NCBI RefSeq assembly: GCF_000341395.1
Contig: NC_020304.1
Span: forward strand, 2,490,001 to 2,522,000
Origin: Desulfocapsa sulfexigens DSM 10523
GTDB taxonomy: Bacteria > Desulfobacterota > Desulfobulbia > Desulfobulbales > Desulfocapsaceae
Direction of reading: 5' to 3'
DNA length: 32,000 bases
Position 1 is the first letter of the stretch; each line of letters opens with the position of its first letter. The translations under genes and the position numbers were made by a program. Shown here in pieces: positions 1 to 7,877 of the stretch. A model generated the notes under the pieces. That model did not search any database, was not told the DNA's origin, and saw nothing but the letters and a program-made list of their open reading frames with translations.

Positions 1-705
1 TTCAACGGAGTAGTTATCAACCTTTTTCAGCATCCAGAAAGAAATGCCCCCAAGAAGCAGACCATATAAAACTCCACCTACAACCTCTGTTGCAAAAATA
101 TGAAATATGGTCTCAACCGTTACAGGTTTTGTTCCCGTTGCCATCGCTGCTATCACCAAAAATACAACAACAGCGATACCATCGTTAAAGAGTGATTCAC
201 CAGCAATTTTTGTCTCAAGGCTCTTAGATGCTCCGGCGGTTTTCAAGATGCCCAGAACCGCGATGGGATCGGTGGGTGATATCAAAGAACCAAAGAGCAG
301 ACAATAAATCATCGGAATATTCAGATCCAACAAGGCCGAAATGTACCAGGCGCCAATACCAATCAAAAAAGTTGCCCCGATAACGCTTGCTGTTGCAAGG
401 ATTGCAATTACCAGACGTTGTTTTGCCAGATCCTCCAGATTGATATGTAATGCTCCGGCAAAAAGGAGAAAACTGAGCATTCCATGGAGCAGGGTCGCAT
501 TAAAATCAATGGAGGTGAGCATTCTTTCAACCTCCTGTCCAATGGTACCGTAACCAAACTTAGCCAGACCGATTAAAACAAGGGACATGACAAGGGCAAT
601 GGTCATTAAGCCAATGGCCGTCGGCATACGGAGAAAGCGGTAATTTACCCAACTGAATGCGGCAGCCAGGCTGATAAGAATGGCGATAATATGAAATAGC
701 TGCAT
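1..705 (-). CDS. Na+/H+ (cation:proton) antiporter, CPA1/NhaP-like, N-terminal 235 codons; gene continues beyond the left edge
   Basis: It is absent from the ORF track because it has no in-window stop. My manual reverse translation from ATG 705..703 gives an open frame to position 1: MQLFHIIAILISLAAAFSWVNYRFLRMPTAIGLM...LLFGSLISPTDPIAVLGILK...GESLFNDGIAVVVFLV. It has several TM helices plus the SPTDP and LFNDG motifs typical of NhaP exchangers. Track ORFs 107-307, 341-553 and 560-778 lie inside or antisense to it. Confidence 0.8.
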   Translation of the reverse strand, partial: MQLFHIIAILISLAAAFSWVNYRFLRMPTAIGLMTIALVMSLVLIGLAKFGYGTIGQEVERMLTSIDFNATLLHGMLSFLLFAGALHINLEDLAKQRLVIAILATASVIGATFLIGIGAWYISALLDLNIPMIYCLLFGSLISPTDPIAVLGILKTAGASKSLETKIAGESLFNDGIAVVVFLVIAAMATGTKPVTVETIFHIFATEVVGGVLYGLLLGGISFWMLKKVDNYSVE

Positions 706-777
706 GCGATCTTCTTTTTTTTATAGGAATTGTGCCTGGGGACAGTGGTGGAAACCACCCTCTGCAAAGTTTATCCA

Positions 778-2253
778 TCAGGGGAGAATGGTAATATCCG
801 GATACACCCCTTGCATGTTGCCAAAGAGAAATGGTTGGATATTATTTAACGAAAGCTTACGGTTATTCTGTGCGTGTCCTTTAACATTGTTGTTATGCTC
901 ATGGAAAAAGGCACCGTTAACCTCAAGAATGTGTTGTATCCGGTCTTTAAAAGCCTGAACAAAGGTGGATCCGCTGCCTTCAAAAAACATGTTTCCCTGG
1001 TTGGTATGTGTTTCAATTTTTTTGAGATTCTCGAGTGAAATACTGTTTTCCTGAAGCTCCTGCTGATTGGTGACGAGTCCCCAAACCAGAGTGTCTTGAG
1101 GAATGGAGAGAGTCTCCTCGGAGTCTATAATGGTATGAGGCATGATCACACACCCCTTTCCTATTATGAGCCGATGTTCTGGTTTACCGAAGAGAAAACT
1201 GTTGAAGCCTACAAACACACCTTCATCGAGATCGGCTTCAATTATTTTTGCACCATGGGCTGTGACATTGCCCCCTTCCAGGCGAGAGTTAATGATAAAA
1301 CAATGTTCCTGAGCATTTGCCCCCCTGCCCAAATAGGAATTTTCCAGGTAGGCACGTTGGGCAACAAGTACATTTTCTGAAATCGTTGTGCTTGGCAGAA
1401 CGACGGCATAACGATCAAGTGAGGCGTTTTCCGGTACCTTGATTGTGTCTTCCAGGTTGGCAGCGTCAAAAATCGTATTGAATGCATCTTTGCGTGCCTC
1501 AATGAAATCAATCAGGAGCCCAGTTGGCCCTTTTTCAGGGGAACAGTGAATGTATTGCTTGAGTCTTTTTGTGGGATATTGATAGAGAAAATTAAATTGT
1601 CCCGGGCTGTTGACCCAAATTGTTCCAGGTTCGACGTTGAGGTGATTGATCTCGCCGGCCTGTATGTAGGAATAAGGGCCTATTACGCAATCGCGCATGG
1701 TTGTAAGATCAATTGTTGCAAAAGAACCAAGAAAACAGCCATCAGAGGGCGCTCCATGGATATTTGAGTAATCAAGCGCCAGTGTATCCTTGATGAAAAA
1801 ACGTTCGGGAGTCTCGGGATCATGAGAGTAGTTGTGCACCAGTGTCTTTATAAGAGCACTGGTTTCTATGTCTATAAGCTCGTCTTTTGCAAGATCAATA
1901 CTGAAGTGTTTGTATTGAAAGGTGTCCCCTTTTCGCTTGAGTTCGTCACCTCGTATATCTGATTTGTAGAGCAGCGAATCTGATATTCGACAATTACCAA
2001 GAAAATAACTGCCTGCAAGACCACTGTGAATAAACTTGAGGTTGAGTGGGATATCTGCTGTGATTCCATAAAAAGCATAGAATTCACTCATTTTTTCCAG
2101 ATTGATATGGTCTTTAACAAAGGGGCTTACGTCAAAAGTAAGATCTCGAAGATTGATATTCACTCGCTGGATGATTCTGTTGAAAATCTTTTCAATTTCG
2201 TACATGGCGTATCCTTGAATAGGGGAAGAAGTCTGTCCTATTAACTTTTCCAT
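778..2253 (-). CDS. 491-aa protein with probable left-handed beta-helix (hexapeptide-like) segments; function unknown
   Basis: Long ORF. It has repeated short [LIV]-G-x-x-x-x-like turns (VIGPYSYIQAGEINHLNVEPGTIWV, GANAQEHCFIINSRLEGGNVTAHGAKIIEADLDEGVFVGFNSFLFG). It sits 24 nt downstream of the CBS gene and 72 nt upstream of the antiporter on the same strand. Confidence 0.5.
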   Translation of the reverse strand: MEKLIGQTSSPIQGYAMYEIEKIFNRIIQRVNINLRDLTFDVSPFVKDHINLEKMSEFYAFYGITADIPLNLKFIHSGLAGSYFLGNCRISDSLLYKSDIRGDELKRKGDTFQYKHFSIDLAKDELIDIETSALIKTLVHNYSHDPETPERFFIKDTLALDYSNIHGAPSDGCFLGSFATIDLTTMRDCVIGPYSYIQAGEINHLNVEPGTIWVNSPGQFNFLYQYPTKRLKQYIHCSPEKGPTGLLIDFIEARKDAFNTIFDAANLEDTIKVPENASLDRYAVVLPSTTISENVLVAQRAYLENSYLGRGANAQEHCFIINSRLEGGNVTAHGAKIIEADLDEGVFVGFNSFLFGKPEHRLIIGKGCVIMPHTIIDSEETLSIPQDTLVWGLVTNQQELQENSISLENLKKIETHTNQGNMFFEGSGSTFVQAFKDRIQHILEVNGAFFHEHNNNVKGHAQNNRKLSLNNIQPFLFGNMQGVYPDITILP

Positions 2254-2277
2254 GGAATCATGGAGTGTTGTGTCGTG

Positions 2278-2844
2278 CTACTTTTCTCCAATATTCAATG
2301 CCTTCATTCCATGGCAAGCTGCGACAAAAACATCTGCTATGCGCAGGACACCGATTATTTCCTCATCCCTTTTGACAAGTAGTGAAAGGTGATTGCCACT
2401 CACCAGTTTGTGAACAGCAATATCAAGTGGACTTGATTCTGCAACGTATTCATCAGGTGTCGGTTTCTGCATGAATTCTTCCACTTTTTTACCGGCAGCT
2501 TTTTTTAGGGCCTGTTGGGTGAAAATTTTTGTGTCAAGACGAATAGTTTCTCTGATGTTTTCGATATATGCGTCACTGAAATTAAACATTTTAAGTTTGC
2601 TGAGGTCTTTTGAAAGCTCCTCTCCGGCTTCTATAGCCTTGAGTATCCTGTGTTGGCTGATTCTGCCGACAACTTTTTTCTCATCGTCCAGAACAAGAAT
2701 GGCTCGGTGCTGATATTTGCCGTGATAGAATTTTTCCTGAGCCTGCTCAAGCGCTAAAATTGCGTCGAAGAGCGTTGTGCCAAGCGATACAGTTGCATAT
2801 TCGGAGATGGGTAATAAGAGTTTTTTTACTGTGAAATTTTTCAT
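2278..2844 (-). CDS. CBS domain pair protein
   Basis: 188 aa with two CBS-like units (HRAILVLDDEKKVVGRISQHRILKAI; HLSLLVKRDEEIIGVLRIADVF). Confidence 0.8.
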   Translation of the reverse strand: MKNFTVKKLLLPISEYATVSLGTTLFDAILALEQAQEKFYHGKYQHRAILVLDDEKKVVGRISQHRILKAIEAGEELSKDLSKLKMFNFSDAYIENIRETIRLDTKIFTQQALKKAAGKKVEEFMQKPTPDEYVAESSPLDIAVHKLVSGNHLSLLVKRDEEIIGVLRIADVFVAACHGMKALNIGEK

Positions 2845-3228
2845 ATAATCCCATGCTTGATCAAATTCTTATCAACAACTCCCTTGTCCCAGGCAAAACT
2901 GCGACATTTGTGAAGAATAATACTATTGTGTATCTCATCCATACTGTAGGTGTATACTCACGCTATTTAGATGTCAACTTTTAGTGAGGGAGGATATGCT
3001 TGCTGGTTTGTGTGAATCGCCACGAGTATTCTAGACACTCATCTCCTTTATAGCAGCCCATAAATTATAAGGCTAAAATAAGAGAAGAACAGTAGATCTA
3101 TTAATCTGGGACATTGACAGGATATTGAATCTTCGGAATGGCTGTACGTTATAGCTCAGGGGATTTCGCCACTTTACCCCGATATTTGCCCAAAGATCGG
3201 ACTGGCAAAATTTTCCCGCAGCGCCTTG

Positions 3229-3525
3229 TTATGCTATTAGTTCATCTACAGGTAGTATTTGCTTAGTGTGACGGATAGTAAGAATGGCAATACTCATCTC
3301 TTCTATTCGGTAAATTATTCGATAATTACCAAAAATAATTCCTCTTATTTCTTTTCTGTTTATTTCTGGAACAGTACGGCCCATTTTGGGCATTGAATTT
3401 AAGATTAGAACTTTTTCAAAAATATCATCAATCCATTTTGATGCAGCCGTAGGATTGTCTAATGAAATATATTCTGCAATTTCCGAGGCTCTATCAATAG
3501 CTAATGGAGACCAGGTTATTTTCAT
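3229..3525 (-). CDS. parE: type II toxin, ParE/RelE family
   Basis: 98 aa. The pattern MKITWSPLAIDRASEIAEYI...PKMGRTVPEINRKEIRGIIFGNYRIIYRIEE..IAILTIRH is typical of ParE/RelE toxins. Its ATG overlaps the antitoxin stop (ATGA, 3522-3525). Confidence 0.85.
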   Translation of the reverse strand: MKITWSPLAIDRASEIAEYISLDNPTAASKWIDDIFEKVLILNSMPKMGRTVPEINRKEIRGIIFGNYRIIYRIEEMSIAILTIRHTKQILPVDELIA

Positions 3526-3803
3526 TTGGATATTCTCTTTAAGATCATATCCTTTGCGTTTTTGTGTGCTACTCCTTCTCCATTTTCAATTTGGCTAATT
3601 GCTTTTTGCACATCACTTAGCAATTCGATCTTTTCCTGCATAGCTTCATATTCGCCTACGTCCAACAATACAGCAGCACCTTTGCCATGCTGAGTAATAA
3701 TTAGTGGTCTTTTAGTATCGTGGACTTGCTTAAGAAAAGAAGCTATTCCTGCCCTGAATTCTGACATAGAACGTATATCTTGATCTACTCTCAATCTTTG
3801 CAT
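3522..3803 (-). CDS. phd: type II antitoxin, Phd/YefM family
   Basis: 93 aa. It has the SMSEFRAGIASFLKQVHDTKRPLIITQHGKGAAVLLDVGEYEAMQE motif and is upstream of parE, translationally coupled to it. Confidence 0.85.
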   Translation of the reverse strand: MQRLRVDQDIRSMSEFRAGIASFLKQVHDTKRPLIITQHGKGAAVLLDVGEYEAMQEKIELLSDVQKAISQIENGEGVAHKNAKDMILKRISK

Positions 3804-3831
3804 TTGGGCATCTCCTTTGGTGTGGAATGTG

Positions 3832-3847
3832 GTACATTATAACGTAC
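3832..3847. promoter_or_regulatory. Imperfect 16-bp palindrome GTACATTATAACGTAC, candidate Phd/ParE operator
   Basis: It lies 29-44 nt upstream of the phd start. TA operators are usually promoter-overlapping palindromes. Confidence 0.35.
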
Positions 3848-3989
3848 TTCAGGAGGTTCGTGCAATGGTTATTGTTTCGAGGCGAATAACGAGTCTGCAG
3901 AAAAACCCAATTTCCAGAAAGGTTCTCCTGCCTGACTTCAGAATTCTGATTTAGACTAAATTGTTTTTATCCTAATTGGTTATATCACA

Positions 3990-5720
3990 CCTGCTAAATT
4001 TGTCATGAAAATCATAACAGACGCATGTATTTGATCTTCTAACCCATGCCTTTCCCTTTGTTTGTCTTATGTTGCTCCTGGCATTCCATAGTTATGCACC
4101 TTTTTCAGGTTATGGACGACACAAAACAACAGCCATTGGTTGTTGACCTTCTTTTTCCCTCGAAAGCTGAAACGATCTAATCCCATGACATGTCTGATAT
4201 GTGCAAAAGGTGGCTCTGCTGTTGCTATTCTCTTGGCGTAGATGGCCTTGCCTATAACAGAATCAATCTTGCTTTTCATCTTATCAGCAAAAGATGCACC
4301 TGTGTTTGTAGGTACCGTACCAAGCGCACATGTCACTTGTCGTACTTCTGTTCTCTCTGGATACCGGAGGCATTGGGTTCTCAGTTTACATGGGCGGCAG
4401 TTTTTTTTCTGGCCTGTAAAAGCAGCACGCTTCACTCCTCTTAATAATGGAAAACCGCTTTTGTACATCCGCTTACCCGCTGGGCATACGCAATAACGAA
4501 ACTCTGGGTCAAATGTGAAATCTTTTGGAAGAAACTGCTTGCGCGAGTGATCTATTTTCCTGCGTTCCTCTGTTGTTCTTTCTTTGTATCTACCAGCATT
4601 GTCAAACCGGGGGTCTCTTTTGCGGAAATAGCGGTCCGCGATATAGGCATCTATTTGCTCTTCTGCCAACATCTCCATATTCTTATTGGTGTGAAAACCA
4701 CTGTCTGCGGTCAGTTTTGTGGTCTTGAAAACATCTTCGTCACTCTCAATACTCTCAAAGTTTTTACGCGTTATTTCTATCATCGGAGATAGTAAATTGT
4801 ATTCGGTGGCCTCTCCGTAGGCTGCAGCTCCAACGATCACCTGGTGCCTGTTATCCACCATCGCAACGCCATTATATCCCTGGATTATACCATTGGAGGA
4901 TTTTATCTTGGCACTGTCGTTATCTGTTATGTTGGACTTGGTGGGAGTCTTATTATGGCCTGGCTTGTCATCATTATCATCCATCCATTCTTTTATTTTT
5001 TTCACCTGTTTCTTCAGGGTTGAAACATACTGTTTCTCGGTTTCCTTTACTCTATTCTCAGGTTTTGTTAGATCTGCTTCACGGTGACGTTTGACGATAC
5101 GTTCAATGGCATTTTCCAACTTCAGGCATTTTCTCTTAAAATCTTTCTTCGTTCCGCTCCACTCTTTTGAGGCATTTGAAGGGAGCTTACATCCATCAAC
5201 GGCAAACATCTCTCGTCCGATGAGGCCCATTGCATCGCAGACGAGGAGGACCTCCCGGAAGAGTGTGATCACCTCTTTATCCATACTGGAAATAAAGTTA
5301 GAAATGGTTGTGAAGTGAGGTCTGCTATGGGCTGATAGAGCCATGAAAACCACATTTTCCTCACAGCACTTGGCTATCTCTCTACTTGAGGTTATCCCTC
5401 TGGAATAGGCAAACAAAACAACTTTTAACAAGATACGGGGATCATAAGCGGGGGCACCATTTTCGTCATTCCGATAACGACTATCCAAATGAGACAAGTC
5501 CATTTCATGATCTATAAGATAGTTGATGGAGTACTCAAAAGTACCTTTCTGAAGCTGCTTGTTGAAAAAGACCGGGAGGAAATGACCTTGTGCAGGGTTA
5601 TAGGGCTTGTATTTTGCCACAATGAACCTCTTTTTAGATGTTCAGTTGTCTGTTTGGTTAACTTCGGCAAAATATAGCATATTTTGTCAATAATATCAAG
5701 GTGGTTATGGTTATTCTACA
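3990..5720 (-). mobile_element. IS1182-family insertion sequence; the ends are NOT resolved and the coordinates are approximate
   Basis: The transposase fills 4067-5620. I could not find convincing terminal inverted repeats by eye in 3950-4066 versus 5621-5730. Confidence 0.3.
4067..5620 (-). CDS. IS1182-family (IS5-like) DDE transposase
   Basis: 517 aa. The N-terminus is MAKYKPYNPAQGHFLPVFF...PAYDPRILLKVVLFAYSRGITSSREIAKCCEENVVFMALS. The DDE region includes FAVDGCKLPSNAS and LTADSGFHT, and a Cys-rich segment reads CVCPAGKRM...CRPCKLRTQC. It has a GTG start with an AAGAGG SD 7 nt upstream. Confidence 0.85.
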   Translation of the reverse strand: MAKYKPYNPAQGHFLPVFFNKQLQKGTFEYSINYLIDHEMDLSHLDSRYRNDENGAPAYDPRILLKVVLFAYSRGITSSREIAKCCEENVVFMALSAHSRPHFTTISNFISSMDKEVITLFREVLLVCDAMGLIGREMFAVDGCKLPSNASKEWSGTKKDFKRKCLKLENAIERIVKRHREADLTKPENRVKETEKQYVSTLKKQVKKIKEWMDDNDDKPGHNKTPTKSNITDNDSAKIKSSNGIIQGYNGVAMVDNRHQVIVGAAAYGEATEYNLLSPMIEITRKNFESIESDEDVFKTTKLTADSGFHTNKNMEMLAEEQIDAYIADRYFRKRDPRFDNAGRYKERTTEERRKIDHSRKQFLPKDFTFDPEFRYCVCPAGKRMYKSGFPLLRGVKRAAFTGQKKNCRPCKLRTQCLRYPERTEVRQVTCALGTVPTNTGASFADKMKSKIDSVIGKAIYAKRIATAEPPFAHIRHVMGLDRFSFRGKKKVNNQWLLFCVVHNLKKVHNYGMPGAT

Positions 5721-5727
5721 GGCTCAA

Positions 5728-5798
5728 CGTTTGAGTTAACCAGTGCGCCACCCAAAGATGCAGATGAGGCAACCAACCTCTTCGCATCTGGTTAAACG
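5728..5798 (+). repeat. About 71-nt imperfect palindrome (attC-like or terminator-like stem-loop) immediately 5' of the intron insertion site
   Basis: The outer arms CGTTT[GAG]TTAACCAGTGCG (5728-5747) and CGCATCTGGTTAAACG (5783-5798) are complementary with extrahelical bases. There is an inner hairpin GATGCAGATGAGG/CCTCTTCGCATC (5757-5788). The right end GTTAAAC (5791-5797) fits the GTTRRRY consensus. Confidence 0.4.
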
Positions 5799-6344
5799 CC
5801 TGGTGTACGCCCGACATGGGCGTGAACTAATGGGGTTAGAGTCCCCTGTAAGTGTTCCATGTAACGTTGTGAAACGTAACATAAATTACTAGCCAATGGC
5901 AAGGGCGTTACCGTGAGGTAGGGTCTGAAGGAAGCCGGATGGCAAAGATATGGGGTGACGAACAGAAATATCATATAAGGCCGAGTCTCTGGGTCAGTCA
6001 GCACAACATGATTACGCCCGGGAACAGGAGATACGGTAAATGATGCGCTCGCATATCGGAAGTTCACGCTCTTATTCGGGGAGATCTGTATTCCATGCAA
6101 TATGAAATTATTTCCAGTGAAATTACCGGTGGGGTTCCGGTTTCCAAATATCCCGGCATAGACAGGGAATGTCCTGCCCGTCTGTGAGATACGAAGAAAG
6201 AAGACAGACAGGAAATGATGAAATACGGCACCACTTTGAGCAATCGGAATGGTGAGAATGCAGAAGTCAGCAGAAGCCATAGTAGTCCAAAGCCGGGGGT
6301 AATGCCGCGGACACGGTGAAGGGCTGAACATTAAGGAGAGAAAT

Positions 6345-7694
6345 ATGTTGCCAAGACATCTTACACGTACTGTGAACCTGAACGGGGGAGTAGTGTATAA
6401 GCGTATCGCGGATGAGCAGTTCTCAAACGATCAACTACTGGAACGTATAGTTTCGACAGAGAATGTCGGTAAGGCCTGGAAACAGGTGCGCAGTAATAAA
6501 GGTGCTCCCGGAATCGACGAAATAACAGTCGGGGATTTCCCGTTCACTTTTCGTGAATGCTGGCCTGAAATACGCTCAACCATACTGGAAGGGAATTACA
6601 CCCCTTCTCCTGTTCAGAGAGTTGAAATCCCCAAACCGGATGGCAGTACTCGTCCTCTTGGGATTCCAACTGTGCTGGATAGAGTTATCCAGCAGGCCAT
6701 CGCTCAGGTTATGAGTCCTATTTTCGAGCCTCATTTTTCAGAATCGAGTTGTGGGTTCAGACCGGGCAGATCAGCCCATGATGGAGTGAAGCAGATAAAG
6801 CAGTACATCAGACAGGGCTACAAAGTCGCAGTTGATATGGATTTGTCGAAATTCTTCGACACAGTCAACCACGATGTTCTGATGAACCGGGTATCACGTC
6901 GGATAGAAGATAAACGTGTACTCAAGCTTATCGGCAAATACCTTCGGGCTGGCGTAATGGTTAATGGCCGTCGTCTTGCAACTCCGCTTGGAGTACCGCA
7001 GGGCGGTCCTCTTTCGCCACTTCTTGCAAATATTCTTCTTGACGATCTGGATAAGGAACTGGAGAAACGTGGTCACCACTTCGTTCGTTATGCCGATGAC
7101 TTCATCATTTTAGTGAAAAGTCTTTCAGCAGCAGAACGGGTGATGGCCAGTGTCAGCAGATTCCTGAAAAGAGAGCTACGGCTAATCGTCAACGAGAAGA
7201 AAAGCAGTTTTGGTAAAGTGGAGGAATGCAGTTTTCTCGGGTTTGTCTTTGTGCGAGGCAAAATAAGATGGAGCGACAAAGCCTTTTGTGAGTTCAAAAG
7301 ACGTATTCGTCTTTTTACCGGAAGAAGCTGGGGCGTCTCCATGGAATACCGCCTACACAAACTTGCAGAGTATGTACGGGGCTGGATAAACTATTACGGC
7401 ATTTCGGAGTATTATCGCCCGATCCCGATAGTAGACGAATGGCTCCGTCGCAGGATACGAATGTGTTTCTGGAAACAATGGAGATATACACGAACCAAAG
7501 TGTCCAATCTTCTCAAGCTGGGAACCTTCAAAAGACAGGCAATTATGACAGCATTAAGTCGTAAAGGCCCATGGCATCTCGCCAGAACCCTGGCTGCACA
7601 AACGGGCATGACCAACAAATGGCTGAAAGAACTTGGGTTGATATCTGTCAAAGACCAGTGGGTGAAGATTCACTATCCGGCTCAGGCCCGATGA
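6345..7694 (+). CDS. group II intron-encoded reverse transcriptase/maturase (no endonuclease domain evident)
   Basis: 449 aa. RT motifs are RVEIPKPDGSTRPLGIPTVLDRVIQQA, GFRPGRSAHD, AVDMDLSKFFDTVNH, GVPQGGPLSPLLANILL and RYADDFIILV. A maturase X-like region reads GWINYYGISEYY. There is a strong SD (AAGGAGAG) before the ATG. Confidence 0.92.
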   Translation: MLPRHLTRTVNLNGGVVYKRIADEQFSNDQLLERIVSTENVGKAWKQVRSNKGAPGIDEITVGDFPFTFRECWPEIRSTILEGNYTPSPVQRVEIPKPDGSTRPLGIPTVLDRVIQQAIAQVMSPIFEPHFSESSCGFRPGRSAHDGVKQIKQYIRQGYKVAVDMDLSKFFDTVNHDVLMNRVSRRIEDKRVLKLIGKYLRAGVMVNGRRLATPLGVPQGGPLSPLLANILLDDLDKELEKRGHHFVRYADDFIILVKSLSAAERVMASVSRFLKRELRLIVNEKKSSFGKVEECSFLGFVFVRGKIRWSDKAFCEFKRRIRLFTGRSWGVSMEYRLHKLAEYVRGWINYYGISEYYRPIPIVDEWLRRRIRMCFWKQWRYTRTKVSNLLKLGTFKRQAIMTALSRKGPWHLARTLAAQTGMTNKWLKELGLISVKDQWVKIHYPAQAR

Positions 7695-7704
7695 CCTTAA
7701 TGAA

Positions 7705-7772
7705 CCGCCCTATGCGGAGCCGCTTGTGGGGTGGTGTGGGGAGGGCGAGGGAAAACCTCGCCCTTACCCGAT
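7705..7772 (+). ncRNA. Intron domain V (7705-7734), J5/6 (7735-7737), domain VI (7738-7769) and 3' tail
   Basis: DV is CCGCCCTATGCG-GAGC-CGCTTGTGGGGTGG. It has a 9-bp lower helix with CGC at positions 2-4 (central G.U wobble), a 2-nt 3'-strand bulge, a 3-bp upper helix and a tetraloop. DVI is GGGGAGGGCGAGG-GAAAA-CCTCGCCCT(TA)CCC, with unpaired A7766 as the putative branch point. The intron ends ...CCCGAT at 7772. Confidence 0.6.
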
Positions 7773-7808
7773 TCGGCGATTTTCACCATCTGGCTTGTCG
7801 CTAAACCT

Positions 7809-7846
7809 AAAAAAGGCCAGGCACTCTCATGAGTATCCGGCCTTTT
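7809..7846 (-). terminator. Rho-independent terminator after the 146-aa gene (bidirectional A/T tails)
   Basis: On the minus strand it reads AAAAGGCCGG-loop-CCTGGCCTTTTTT, about 30 nt after the stop at 7878. Confidence 0.7.
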
Positions 7847-7877
7847 AAAGGTATGAAAATATGATAAATATTTTTGA

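Larger units (their letters stand above)
5803..7772 (+). mobile_element. Bacterial class C (IIC) group II intron, apparently full length (about 1970 nt)
   Basis: The 5' end is GTGTACGCCCGACATGGGCGTG...GGGGTTAGAGTCCCC. Conserved stretches are CTGAAGGAAGC (5925-5935) and CAGAAGTCAGCAGAAGCCATAGTAGTCC (6261-6288). These closely resemble, from my memory, the Oceanobacillus iheyensis IIC ribozyme. The RT ORF sits in domain IV, domain V has a CGC triad, and domain VI has a bulged A 7 nt before a terminal AT. The boundaries are inferred. Confidence 0.75.

Noticed and set aside
3061-3234. A complete attC site downstream of parE
   Set aside because: Core-like motifs exist (GCATAAC at the stop, CTATAAC on the minus strand), but I could not pair the arms into an attC-like stem.
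3950-5730. Terminal inverted repeats and target duplication of the IS1182-family element
   Set aside because: Only short direct similarities were found (GGTTAT, TTTGTCA), in inconsistent order, and no convincing inverted repeats. The boundaries are left open.
5743-5747. GTGCG at 5743 as the group II intron 5' end
   Set aside because: The sequence from 5803 (GTGTACGCCCGACATGGGCGTG...GAGAGTCCCC) matches the IIC domain I start much better. GTGCG at 5743 lies inside the upstream palindrome arm.
5792-6331. 179-aa minus-strand ORF
   Set aside because: It lies entirely antisense to intron ribozyme domains I-III. It has a low-complexity, Pro/Arg-rich composition and no start context.
7738-7769. GC-rich hairpin with a GAAAA loop, first read as intron domain V or as a terminator
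   Set aside because: Its geometry is wrong for DV: the bulge is near the base and there is no AGC/CGC triad. The true DV is at 7705-7734. This hairpin, with an unpaired A 7 nt from the 3' end, fits domain VI.
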